A model generated the notes under the pieces. It was not told the DNA's origin and did no database searches. It was given only the letters and a program-made list of their open reading frames with translations. From assembly GCA_963836075.1 (NCBI GenBank), contig CAWIIB010000001.1:256001-320000 (forward strand): DNA of 64,000 bases, given 5' to 3'. Shown one piece after another: positions 37,957 to 47,347 of the stretch. Position numbers and translations under genes: made by a program. The number at the start of each line of letters is the position of its first letter. Position 1 is the stretch's first letter. The DNA comes from an uncultured Acidobacteriota bacterium. GTDB taxonomy: Bacteria > Acidobacteriota > JAQAZP01.

Positions 37957-40452
37957 TCAAAACGGCCCGCTGCGCTGGTAGAGACGCCGGCCGTCCGAAA
38001 CCACCACCAGCGCGCCGTCCTGTCCGGTGATATGGATCCGCCGGCAGCCGGCCGCCAGCAGGCGCTGCCGCAAAAAAGGGTCGGGATGGCCGAACCGGTT
38101 GAACCGGCCGGCGGTGACCACCGCGATGCGCGGGGAGACCTGGTTCAGCCAACGAATGGAACCGGCACCCGGAGCCCCGTGGTGACCAACCTTGATCAGC
38201 TGGCAACCGCCGATCAACCGGGAAAGCGGTGAGCCCAGCACCTGCTCTTCCCCCCCGTTCATCAGGTCGCCGGTGAACAGCATGCGCACGGCGCGGTGAC
38301 GCAGCAGCAAGACCAGTGAGTTGTTGTTGGGGTTTCCGGCCTGTTCGTCCACCGTGTCCGATACGGCCAGGGGGGGCGGCGGGTGGAGCACCACCAGTTC
38401 CACCTCACCCTTGCGCAGCACCATGCCCCGGTGGAGCGGCACCAGCCGCGCACCGCACTGCTCACCGGTTTTCAGCAGGGTCTGTACCGCTCCCAGGTCG
38501 CGGGAGAGCCTGCAGCCGGCAAGAATACGACGGGGCCGGAAATTTCGTACCACGGCGGCCAGCCCACCGGCGTGGTCCTGGTGCCCGTGGCTCAAGACCA
38601 CGTCCTCCAGCGAATGCAGGCCCCGGTCCCACAAAGCCGGCGAAACCGCCAGCTCCCCGAAATCGAACCCGCCTCCGGGCAGTGCCCCGCCACCGTCGAT
38701 GACCAGGGTGCGACGGTCCGGACATTCCACAATAATCGAGTCTCCCTGCCCCACGTCGAGGACGGTGACCCTCAAGGTGCCTGGCGGCAGCCGGTTCCCT
38801 CCGGCGGCGGCATGGACCAGCAGCAGGCACGGGGCGGCGCAGAGCAGCAGGAACACCCATTGTCCCCGGCCCACCGTCCGGTTGCCGCGGAGTCCCGCGG
38901 CCGATGCCAGGCAGAGATAGTAGGCACAGGCCAGCGCCGGGGACGGCGCGGGCAGACGAAAGGAGATGGGGGCGCTCAGTCGCGCCAGCCGCACGATCCC
39001 GCTGAAACCGAAATCCACCAGCCGGGCCGCCAGCAAGGCAACGGCGCGGGGCAGCAGGGAGCAGCACGGCGGGAGCAGATCGCTGAGGCCCTGGGACGTC
39101 AGCAGGACCAGCCCGGCGGTGAGGGAGAGCCCCAGCAGCGGGCCGGCGGCCGGGTTGGTGAGCAGTGCCGTCGGGGTTGCGCGGTGGAACAGGGAGGCCT
39201 GAAGCGGGGCGATGCCCAGCAGCACGGCAGCTGAGACGCCGAATAGAGTCGATGCCAGCCGCGCGGGATTCCAAAGCGATTGCTCCTCCCGGCGCTGGCG
39301 GACCACAACCGGGCCGAGAAGCAGGATGCTGTAGGTCGCGCCGAAGGAGAGCTGGAAGCCGGCCTCGTGGAACAGAAGCGGATTGAAAGCAAGAATGGCC
39401 AGGCCCGAAGCGGAGAGGCTGTTCAACGGTCGTGGGTGCAGGCCCAGGGTGGCGCCCCCCAGGTAGAGCAGTGCAGTGACCACGGCCCGGGTGATGGAGG
39501 GTTGGGGCCCGCACAACTGGAGGTAGGCCCCAAAAAAAATCATCAGGAGCAACCGGCGGGCCCGGATGTTCACCCTGGCGCTGGCCAGCAAGCGGTTGAG
39601 AAGCAGTCCCAGCAGGCCGAGGTGCAGGCCTGAAATGGCCAGCAGGTGGCCCAGGCCAGACTGGCGCAGCAGTTCCTCGTCTCGTGGGTCGACCCAGCGC
39701 CGTTCACCCACCAGGCAGGCCACCAGCAGTGCACCGGATGGCTGGAGGCCGGTTTCCCCGGGGCGGCCGAAGACGGTGGCCACTGATCTTTCCACCCAGC
39801 GGCGGACCACGGACGACGGAGCACTCGCTGACGGGGGTGAGCGCTGGATCAGTTGTCCGCTCTTCAGCCGTGCCGTGGAACTCACGCCCCGGGCGGCAAG
39901 ATAGCGAAGGTAGTTGAAACCGCCGGGGTTTCCGAAAGCGGCCGGCTGGCGCAGTCTGGCGAAAAATCGGATCCGCTGCCCCGTTTCCGGGGGACCGGGG
40001 AATGAACCTGGAGCGGAGCTCTCCGTGGGGTAGCTGAGACGGATGCGGAGCGCTGGGGCGCTGGCCGGGGTATCGAGGTCAACCAGCAACACCGTGTCCC
40101 GGTGGCCCGCTTCTGCACGGCCGCTGACCCGGCCGCTGTGCCAGGCCGGGTCCTCTTCCGTGTTGCCGCAGCCCTGAGGGGAGGAGGGCGATTGAACGCT
40201 CACCCGGGACTCGCTTCCCAGGAGCCAACCAGACGCTGCGCAGAGGATCAGGAACAGCAGGGCCAGAACACGTCCTGAACGGCCCTGGAGACGAACGGCA
40301 GCCGCGGCCGCGGCCAAACCCAGTGGCAGCAGGGCGCAGGCCGGGGCGTGGGTAAGCAGAACAGGAATCCGCTCCGCCAGGGCGGAGTCAGCACAGAGGA
40401 TACCGCCGCAGAAGGCCAGCAGACCGAAGATGAGGGGGCAGCGGAAAAACAT
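37957..40452 (-). CDS. comEC: DNA internalization competence protein ComEC/Rec2
   Basis: HLLAISGLH, GFQLSF, LDVGQGD, SHGHQDH, KVGHHG, N.FGHP. Confidence 0.93.
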   Translation of the reverse strand: MFFRCPLIFGLLAFCGGILCADSALAERIPVLLTHAPACALLPLGLAAAAAAVRLQGRSGRVLALLFLILCAASGWLLGSESRVSVQSPSSPQGCGNTEEDPAWHSGRVSGRAEAGHRDTVLLVDLDTPASAPALRIRLSYPTESSAPGSFPGPPETGQRIRFFARLRQPAAFGNPGGFNYLRYLAARGVSSTARLKSGQLIQRSPPSASAPSSVVRRWVERSVATVFGRPGETGLQPSGALLVACLVGERRWVDPRDEELLRQSGLGHLLAISGLHLGLLGLLLNRLLASARVNIRARRLLLMIFFGAYLQLCGPQPSITRAVVTALLYLGGATLGLHPRPLNSLSASGLAILAFNPLLFHEAGFQLSFGATYSILLLGPVVVRQRREEQSLWNPARLASTLFGVSAAVLLGIAPLQASLFHRATPTALLTNPAAGPLLGLSLTAGLVLLTSQGLSDLLPPCCSLLPRAVALLAARLVDFGFSGIVRLARLSAPISFRLPAPSPALACAYYLCLASAAGLRGNRTVGRGQWVFLLLCAAPCLLLVHAAAGGNRLPPGTLRVTVLDVGQGDSIIVECPDRRTLVIDGGGALPGGGFDFGELAVSPALWDRGLHSLEDVVLSHGHQDHAGGLAAVVRNFRPRRILAGCRLSRDLGAVQTLLKTGEQCGARLVPLHRGMVLRKGEVELVVLHPPPPLAVSDTVDEQAGNPNNNSLVLLLRHRAVRMLFTGDLMNGGEEQVLGSPLSRLIGGCQLIKVGHHGAPGAGSIRWLNQVSPRIAVVTAGRFNRFGHPDPFLRQRLLAAGCRRIHITGQDGALVVVSDGRRLYQRSGPF

Positions 40453-40569
40453 GGTTCATCCACTGCACAGCAAATTTCGTACCCGCCAGGGCCGGTCTGT
40501 TTTCCTGGTGAACTGTGAACTCCGGATGGTACGTTGTACACCAGGGTTGTCACTATCCCGGGGGCCGGT

Positions 40570-41304
40570 TCAGAGGGCAAAGAGGCTGATTTCAGGAATG
40601 CGGGAGGCGTTGCGAAGCCGACGGATGGTCATCCGCTGCAGGGTGGACTGGTAGAGCGCGGGATCCATGGTCCCGGCCAGCTCTTTCATTTCGGCATCAC
40701 AGGCCTCCCGGACCTGCCGGAGAAGTACCGGGCTGGTGCTGCCGAGCAATTCGTCCGTGACCTGATGGTCCAGCGGTTCCAGCTCCGCTTCCGCATCCTG
40801 GACCGATAGGTTCTGGCGGCCCAGCAGCCGGGTCACCGTGTTCACCGAGCGCTCCAGGGTCTGCAGCAGAGCGGTGTGGCCGGACTCTTCCTGCGCGGCC
40901 CGGGCCTGCTGGAGCCGCTGGAGCAGGCGCTGCAGGCCCTGCTCCACTTCTCCGCCCCCCTGGACGGCGGCGGCGGATGTCGCATCTCCACCCACGGCCA
41001 GTTGCCTGCTCTCTTCGTGGGCCCGGCGGACGAACTCCTCGCAATACTCCAGGGAGACGGCACGCTGCCGTGCCTCGGGCCGTTTGAAGCGTTTGGCAAA
41101 ATAGTCGTCGATGCCCCGGCAGACCACGCGGAGCGGTATTCCTTCCCGGTGCCATCCCGCCGCCCGTTCCAGCTCACGGGGCGAGAGAATCAACGGTCGT
41201 CCGCGCAGGCGGATGAAATGGGCTTCCACCGCCTCGAAATAGGCCCGCTCCTCAGGGGTGAGCCGCAGGTGAGGCTGCTGCTCAGGGGGAGGCGTTCTTT
41301 TCAT
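40570..41304 (-). CDS. Hypothetical protein with a DnaD-like N-terminal segment
   Basis: Clean ORF in operon position after coaX; F...RGRPLILSPRE....W...GIPL.VV..GI and SLEYCEEFV. Confidence 0.6.
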   Translation of the reverse strand: MKRTPPPEQQPHLRLTPEERAYFEAVEAHFIRLRGRPLILSPRELERAAGWHREGIPLRVVCRGIDDYFAKRFKRPEARQRAVSLEYCEEFVRRAHEESRQLAVGGDATSAAAVQGGGEVEQGLQRLLQRLQQARAAQEESGHTALLQTLERSVNTVTRLLGRQNLSVQDAEAELEPLDHQVTDELLGSTSPVLLRQVREACDAEMKELAGTMDPALYQSTLQRMTIRRLRNASRIPEISLFAL

Positions 41305-42076
41305 CGAGAACCTTCAGACCGTAAAGCGTCAGGTGAGCGTCCTCCACCTGGATCAGTCTGGAGTGGGGTACGATTTCACCGGCCAGCCCGCCGGTGGCCA
41401 CCACGTGAACGGAAGGCTGCCCTTTCTCGTCGGCCGGGAGGTCGAGCTCCCCCAGCAGCCGTTGGAGAATGCCGTCCACCAGGCCGAGATAGCCGTAGAA
41501 GATGCCCGACCGCATACTGTCGATGGTGTTGCGGCCCACCAGGGTTTCCGGCCGGGTGAGTTCGATGCGCGGCAGCCTCGCGGCGCGGGCAAAAAGGGCG
41601 TCGGCGGAGATGCGCAACCCCGGCGCGATCAGACCACCGGAATATTCCCCGCGTACGGTAATCACATCGAAGGTTGTGGCGGTACCGAAGTCGACCACGA
41701 TGGCCGGCGAGCCATAGCGGTGGCAGACCCCGACACTGTTGGCTATCCGGTCAGCGCCGATCTCCTGCGGCTGTTCAACCAGCAGTGGCAGGCCGGTGCG
41801 GATGCCGGGCCGCACCACCAGCGGCCGGGATCCCAGCAGTTCGCTGCAGGCCTCTTCCAGCGGGCTGAGGAGCGACGGCACAACGCAGGCGATGCAGGCC
41901 CTGCCGACCTTCGTGCGGTCAATCCGGCCCTTGTCCAGCAGGCTTTGCAACAGGATCCCCAGCTCGTCCGCGGTCCGGTCGGAGATCGTGGACAGACGCC
42001 AGTGCGCGATGAGGTCCTGGCCGTCAAAGATCCCCAGAACCGTGTTGGTGTTTCCCACATCGATGGCCAGCAACAT
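41282..42076 (-). CDS. coaX: Type III pantothenate kinase
   Basis: LAIDVGNTN, IGADR, VDFGTATT, GG.IAPG. Confidence 0.95.
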   Translation of the reverse strand: MLLAIDVGNTNTVLGIFDGQDLIAHWRLSTISDRTADELGILLQSLLDKGRIDRTKVGRACIACVVPSLLSPLEEACSELLGSRPLVVRPGIRTGLPLLVEQPQEIGADRIANSVGVCHRYGSPAIVVDFGTATTFDVITVRGEYSGGLIAPGLRISADALFARAARLPRIELTRPETLVGRNTIDSMRSGIFYGYLGLVDGILQRLLGELDLPADEKGQPSVHVVATGGLAGEIVPHSRLIQVEDAHLTLYGLKVLDEKNASP

Positions 42077-42119
42077 GAATCGGTCCCCGGTGATGGTGCG
42101 CGGTTGTATCAGGCAGGGC

Positions 42120-42992
42120 TCACCCGCCGGTGCTGTCTCCACTGCCGCGAAAGAGCAGACTGATGTCGGAGGCCGGCGCGGAATGGGTCAGGCGGCCGAT
42201 GGAGATGAAATCGGGTCCGGCATCGGCGTACTCCCGGATGTTATCAAGCTGAATTCCACCTGAGACCTCCAGGGGAATCCTCGACCCCGCAAGTTGAACG
42301 GCGTTGACCACGTCGGCCGGCCTGAAATTGTCCAGCAGCAGCATCTCCGCCCCGGCGGCCAGAGCTTCCTCCACCTCAAGAATGTCGGTCACTTCCACTT
42401 CGATTTTCAGCAGGTGTCCCGACCTGCGCTTCAGGGCGGCGGACACGGCCTGCCGGATACCACCGGCAGCGGCGATATGGTTCTCCTTGATCAGGATGCC
42501 GTCGGAGAGCGAGAAGCGGTGGTTGTGGCCGCCCCCGGCGGCCACGGCGTATTTCTCCAGCGACCGCAGTCCAGGCGTGGTCTTGCGGGTGTCGAGAATC
42601 TTCACCCCGGTGCCCTGCACCGCATCGACAAAGGAACGGGTCTCGGTGGCGATACCGCAGGTTCGCTGCAGCAGGTTGAGAGCAACCCGCTCACCGGCCA
42701 GCAGACTTCGGGCCGCCCCGCGGACTTCGAAAAGCAGGTCTCCGGGGTGGGCCAGGCGGCCATCGGAGACCAGCGGAGTGAATTCAACCGTGCGGTCCAC
42801 CTGGGCGAACACCATGCGGGCCACATCCACGCCGGCCGCCACCAGCGGCCTCTGGCCCTTGACCACCGCGACAGCGGAGTTCCACCGCAGGCTGTCACCG
42901 AGCAGGAGTTCGGAGGTCACATCACCAAAAGGCAGGTCTTCGTGCAGGGCTTGCCGGATCAGTTCCCTGAGATCGTCATGCCGCAGGTTCAT
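42120..42992 (-). CDS. nadC: Nicotinate-nucleotide diphosphorylase (carboxylating)
   Basis: ERVALN, DTRKTTPG, NHR, KENH, EVEV, LLDN. Confidence 0.96.
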   Translation of the reverse strand: MNLRHDDLRELIRQALHEDLPFGDVTSELLLGDSLRWNSAVAVVKGQRPLVAAGVDVARMVFAQVDRTVEFTPLVSDGRLAHPGDLLFEVRGAARSLLAGERVALNLLQRTCGIATETRSFVDAVQGTGVKILDTRKTTPGLRSLEKYAVAAGGGHNHRFSLSDGILIKENHIAAAGGIRQAVSAALKRRSGHLLKIEVEVTDILEVEEALAAGAEMLLLDNFRPADVVNAVQLAGSRIPLEVSGGIQLDNIREYADAGPDFISIGRLTHSAPASDISLLFRGSGDSTGG

Positions 42993-43017
42993 CGGAGCCC
43001 CCCGGGAGGCAGGTTAC

Positions 43018-44253
43018 TCATTTGGATGACTCGGCTTCTTCCTCGATCTCCCTGATCCGCTCACGGATGAGGCGTTCCGCGATTTCAGGAACAGCCTCCC
43101 AGGCCACGTCCCGGATCACGGACTCCGAGAGCAGTTCCACCACCCGGCGAGCCACCTGTTCCAGCTGCCCGTCGCGCAGTTCCATGGGCGCGGCCGGCAG
43201 GGGCGCCGGAACGGGCTCGGACTCCTCCGGCGGTTCGCTCCCGGTGCCGGCATCGTCGGATGCCTGAACTTCTTCAACAGCGGCGGCGTCCTCTTCCACG
43301 ACCTCCGTTTTTTCAACGGCGGGCAGTTCCACAGCGGGGAGGGAAGTGTCCGTTTCCATGGCCGGCGGGTCGGACTCCACTGGCGGGTTGTCCTCGGCGA
43401 CCTGCATTTTTTCCTCGTATTTCTTCAGGAACCACGAGAGGTCGCTGTCCTCGGAGGCGATTTCCTGCTTCTCGCCGGCATCCTCTTCATCGCCGGGCGC
43501 GCTGTCGGCTGCCGGCACGGCATCCTCCACAACGGTGGTCTCGCCGGCTCCGCCCCAGATACCGAAATCGGGCGAGCGGCGCTCGATACCGTCGTCGGCC
43601 GTTTCAGCGGGGTCGGACTTCCCGGTCTCTTCTTCGCTCTCTGCATCGATGATGGCGAAGATGTCCTCCGCACCGCTATCGGTCACCGCGATGGTGTCGT
43701 CCCCGGCAAAGCTGTCCACGGGTTCATCCTCGGGGAAGATGCGGTCCAGCAAAGCATCCGACCTGGTGATCGTGGCGGGATCCGCGCTGGCGCCGGATAC
43801 CTCGGCTTCCCCGGACGGAGCCTCGGGCAGGGTCTCGGAATCCGGGGCCGGGGCCTCGGCCTCCGCTTCCACCGCAGGGTAGACGGCGTTTTCAATGAGG
43901 CGGTTCACCAGACTGAACAGTTCGGGGCCGTCCACCGGTTTGGTGACGAAACCGTCATATCTCGATTCCTTGGCCCGGTTGATGTCAAAGGGCTCGAATG
44001 TCCCGGTGAGCAGCAGCACGGGGATGTGCGATGTGGCCGGATTTTCCTTGATCTGACGGCAGATCTCATAGCCATCGATCTCGGGGAGCATGGCGTGGGC
44101 CAGCACCAGGTGCGGCTGAGCGGTATTGACCTGTTCTATGGCGACCCGGCCGTCCTCAGCAATACTCAGCTGGTAATCGGCGGTTCCGAGGGCATTTTCA
44201 ACACTTTTTTTTGCTGCGGCGCTGTCATCCGCAAGGAGGATTTGTTTCGGCAT
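43018..44253 (-). CDS. RomR-like response regulator (receiver, acidic linker, conserved C-terminal helix)
   Basis: N-terminal REC domain (ILLADD...TKP), a long D/E/P/A-rich linker and VIRDVAWEAVPEIAERLIRE at the C-terminus. Confidence 0.75.
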   Translation of the reverse strand: MPKQILLADDSAAAKKSVENALGTADYQLSIAEDGRVAIEQVNTAQPHLVLAHAMLPEIDGYEICRQIKENPATSHIPVLLLTGTFEPFDINRAKESRYDGFVTKPVDGPELFSLVNRLIENAVYPAVEAEAEAPAPDSETLPEAPSGEAEVSGASADPATITRSDALLDRIFPEDEPVDSFAGDDTIAVTDSGAEDIFAIIDAESEEETGKSDPAETADDGIERRSPDFGIWGGAGETTVVEDAVPAADSAPGDEEDAGEKQEIASEDSDLSWFLKKYEEKMQVAEDNPPVESDPPAMETDTSLPAVELPAVEKTEVVEEDAAAVEEVQASDDAGTGSEPPEESEPVPAPLPAAPMELRDGQLEQVARRVVELLSESVIRDVAWEAVPEIAERLIRERIREIEEEAESSK

Positions 44254-44275
44254 GTGGGTCTCCAGGTGTATCAGC

Positions 44276-44296
44276 GGCGCCCCGCAATGGGGCGCC
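44276..44296. repeat. GC hairpin in the 5' leader of the RomR-like gene
   Basis: GGCGCCCC-GCAAT-GGGGCGCC. Confidence 0.45.
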
Positions 44297-44422
44297 CGAA
44301 TAATTCCACGGGTTTATCGTTCTCCTGCCTTGGCTCTCTTAGCACCTTCCCCACGGAAAGTCAAGAAGCCGGCAGCTCCATCTGATCGCTTAAGCACTGC
44401 AATGTAAACAACATAAGGCTCG

Positions 44423-44962
44423 CTACTCGTCTTCCTCCTCAACAGTGAGACGAATCAGCGGATCCCCCATGGCGGCAGCGTCCCCCACCGCCAGTGGAAG
44501 GCTGTGCACCGAGCCGTTCACCGGACTGAGCACCGGATTCTCCATCTTCATCGACTCCAGGATGACCAGCAGGTCTCCGGCGGTCACCCTGTCCCCCACC
44601 GCCACCGGCAGTCCGACCACCTTGCCGGGCATGGGAGAGAGGATGTCCCCCTGTTCATTGATATCGCCGCCGGTGTCTGCGTTCCCCGGCCCTGATGACC
44701 CCTGATCGTCGTCAGCCGGATCGGCCAGGCGGTAGATCCGGCCCCGGTACTGCAGATGAACCTGCCCCGATTCATCCCGGGCCAGGTGGACCAGGTGCGC
44801 GGTTCCGTCGTCGGCCAGCAGGGAAATGGTGTTCGGACCGGCGCGCAGCCAGTCCCCGGCGAGCTGCTCACCCTCCACGGTCAGCGAAAAAACCTGCCCC
44901 GGGCCGGAGTCCAGCCTGAAGTTGTGCATCGTCCCGTCCTGGTCTCGATATTCAAGATCCAT
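44423..44962 (-). CDS. Biotin carboxyl carrier subunit (split MCC alpha C-terminal part)
   Basis: SPMPGKV and the ESMKME biotinyl motif; GGAGG RBS before ATG at 44962. Confidence 0.88.
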   Translation of the reverse strand: MDLEYRDQDGTMHNFRLDSGPGQVFSLTVEGEQLAGDWLRAGPNTISLLADDGTAHLVHLARDESGQVHLQYRGRIYRLADPADDDQGSSGPGNADTGGDINEQGDILSPMPGKVVGLPVAVGDRVTAGDLLVILESMKMENPVLSPVNGSVHSLPLAVGDAAAMGDPLIRLTVEEEDE

Positions 44963-46502
44963 CTGGTCCTCCGTCTGCCCCGTCCGTCTCCACCAGGGGT
45001 ATGGAATCTCCAATTTGCCAGGAACCGCAGAGCTGCCAGGGGGAGGCCAACACCGCGCCACTGCTTGTTCCGGTTGCCGCGGCGGCCGGACGCATCTGCT
45101 CCAGCCCGGCGGCCGCCAGAACCGCGGCGGGAATGGCGCCGTCCCCGCTGCCGGGGATCCAGTCGCCCATGTGGCGCGGTATGAAGTCGGTGTAGGTGTC
45201 CCCGGAAGCAAAAGCCGGGTGGTCGATCACGTCGGCCAGGTAGCCGCAGGTGGTCTGAATGCCCAGCACCACCATGTCACGCAAGGCCCGGCTCATTTTG
45301 TGCCGGGCCTGCTCACGGTCCTCGCCCCAGACGATCAGCTTGGAGAGAATCGGGTCGTAGTCCATGGTGACTTCGAAACCGCTGAAGATGGCGCTGTCGT
45401 TGCGAATTCCCGGCCCCATGGGCTCAAATGCGTACAGAATCCGGCCCGGGGACGGCATGAAGTTGTTGCCGGGGTCCTCGGCATAGATCCGGCACTCGAT
45501 GGCGTGGCCCTTCTGCTGCACATCCTTCTGGGAGATGGTCAGCGGCTCGCCGGCTGCGATGCGGATCTGCCACTGGACCAGGTCCACGCCGGTGACCAGT
45601 TCGGTAATCGGGTGCTCCACCTGGATGCGGGTGTTCATTTCCAGGAAGTAGAAACTGCCGTCGGTGTCCAGCAGGAATTCAACCGTCCCGGCGTTGGTGT
45701 AGCCCACGGCCTCGGCGGCCTGCACCGCTGCATGGCCCATGGCCTGCCGGACCTCGGGGGTCAGCGCCGTGGACGGTGATTCTTCGACGATTTTCTGGTG
45801 CCGCCTCTGGATCGAGCACTCCCGTTCGCAGAGGTGAATGGTGCGTCCGTGGTGATCGGCCAGCAACTGGATCTCAACGTGCCGGGGCAGCTCGATATAC
45901 TTTTCCAGGAACACGGTGCTATCGCCGAAAGCGTTGCCCGCCTCCCGTTGCGCCGATTCCAGGGACAGGCGCAGGTCGTCCTCGGATGCGGCCACCCGCA
46001 TGCCCTTGCCGCCGCCACCGGCGGCGGCCTTGACCAGCACCGGGTAGCCGATCTTCCTCGCTTCCCGGATGAACTGCTCCTGATCACCGGCCGGCGGCGA
46101 GGCCCCGGGGATCACCGGCACGCCGGAACTGGTCATCAGCTGCCGGGATTCCACCTTGTTGCCCATCAGCCGCATCGCTTCGGCGGGAGGGCCGATAAAG
46201 GTCAGGCCCGCCTCGGTCACCTGCCGGGCGAACTGATGGTTTTCGGCCAGAAATCCGTATCCCGGGTGGATGGCGTCGGCCCCGCACTGCCGGGCCGCGT
46301 CGATAATCGAGTCGATCCTCAGATACGATTCCAGCGGCGAAGCCGGGCCGATACAGAACGCCTCGTCGGCCAACTGCACCGGCAGGCCCAGACGGTCCAC
46401 CTCGGAAAAAACCGCCACTGACGGTACGGAAAGTTCGCGGCAGGCCCGGATGATGCGAACGGCGATCTCTCCACGATTGGCAACCAGTATTTTTTTGAAC
46501 AT
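44952..46502 (-). CDS. Biotin carboxylase subunit (MCC alpha / LiuD-like)
   Basis: ANRGEIA, HPGYGFL.EN, GGGGKGM, ECSIQRRHQK, EMNTRIQVEH. Confidence 0.93.
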   Translation of the reverse strand: MFKKILVANRGEIAVRIIRACRELSVPSVAVFSEVDRLGLPVQLADEAFCIGPASPLESYLRIDSIIDAARQCGADAIHPGYGFLAENHQFARQVTEAGLTFIGPPAEAMRLMGNKVESRQLMTSSGVPVIPGASPPAGDQEQFIREARKIGYPVLVKAAAGGGGKGMRVAASEDDLRLSLESAQREAGNAFGDSTVFLEKYIELPRHVEIQLLADHHGRTIHLCERECSIQRRHQKIVEESPSTALTPEVRQAMGHAAVQAAEAVGYTNAGTVEFLLDTDGSFYFLEMNTRIQVEHPITELVTGVDLVQWQIRIAAGEPLTISQKDVQQKGHAIECRIYAEDPGNNFMPSPGRILYAFEPMGPGIRNDSAIFSGFEVTMDYDPILSKLIVWGEDREQARHKMSRALRDMVVLGIQTTCGYLADVIDHPAFASGDTYTDFIPRHMGDWIPGSGDGAIPAAVLAAAGLEQMRPAAAATGTSSGAVLASPWQLCGSWQIGDSIPLVETDGADGGPDGS

Positions 46503-46507
46503 CCAGA

Positions 46508-47320
46508 TCAGTCTCCGTTATCGTCGGAAATGGACCACGACGGTATTCGACGTTCGAGAAAAGAACTCACGCCCTCCCGGCCCTCGTCGCCGGCGCGCAA
46601 GCCGGCGATAACCCCTGCGGTGTAAGGCCCGGCTTCGTCCAGCGACATCCCGGGCACCTTGTGCAGCAGTTCCTTGCAGGAGGCCATTGCGCGTTTGCCG
46701 TTGGCCAGCAACCGGCGAACCAGGGCGTCCACTGCCTGGTCCAGTTCCAGCGGTGCGGCCACGCGGTGAACCAGCCCCAGCCGCTGGGCCGTGGCCGCGT
46801 CAAAACGGTCGCCGGTGAGGAACAGCTCTCGGCAGGCACTGTCCCCCAAACGCCTGATCACGTATGGTGCGATGCAGGCCGGAGACAGCCCCAGCCGCAC
46901 CTCGCTGAAACCGAACAGGGCGTCGGGGACGGCGATGACGATATCGCACACTGCCACCAGGCCCATCCCTCCGCCGATCACCGGGCCGTGAACCCTGCCC
47001 ACCAGCGGCTGGGGCAGCTGGTACAGCGCCCGCAGACAGCGGGCCAGGCCCATAGCATCCTCGAGGTTCTGCTCTTTGGTGAACCCGGCCATCCTCCGCA
47101 TCCAGTCCAGGTCGGCGCCGGCGCAAAAAGATTTTCCGGCACCGGCCAGCAGCACAACTTTCACCGTCTGGTCTGACGCCAGGCGCTCGGCGGCTTCGGC
47201 GAGTTCGGCCAGCAACCGCTCGTCAAAGGCGTTGTGGATTGCGGGCCGGGACAGGGTCAGCGTGGCCACCGGGCCATCGGTCACCAGAGTGATCCTCGGC
47301 ATTTCTGCAGAACGGGGCAT
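46508..47320 (-). CDS. Enoyl-CoA hydratase, methylglutaconyl-CoA hydratase (LiuC)-like
   Basis: HNAF, FCAGADLDWM, GGGMGL, SEVRLGL, EGREG...FLE.R.P.W; liu context. Confidence 0.85.
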   Translation of the reverse strand: MPRSAEMPRITLVTDGPVATLTLSRPAIHNAFDERLLAELAEAAERLASDQTVKVVLLAGAGKSFCAGADLDWMRRMAGFTKEQNLEDAMGLARCLRALYQLPQPLVGRVHGPVIGGGMGLVAVCDIVIAVPDALFGFSEVRLGLSPACIAPYVIRRLGDSACRELFLTGDRFDAATAQRLGLVHRVAAPLELDQAVDALVRRLLANGKRAMASCKELLHKVPGMSLDEAGPYTAGVIAGLRAGDEGREGVSSFLERRIPSWSISDDNGD

Positions 47321-47347
47321 GATTCCTCGCGGTGTCTGGTTCCGGCC

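Noticed and set aside
44423-46502. Split MCC alpha subunit as a frameshift artefact
   Set aside because: The biotin-carrier ORF has its own GGAGG RBS and ATG with an 11-bp overlap, and split BC/BCCP forms are known.
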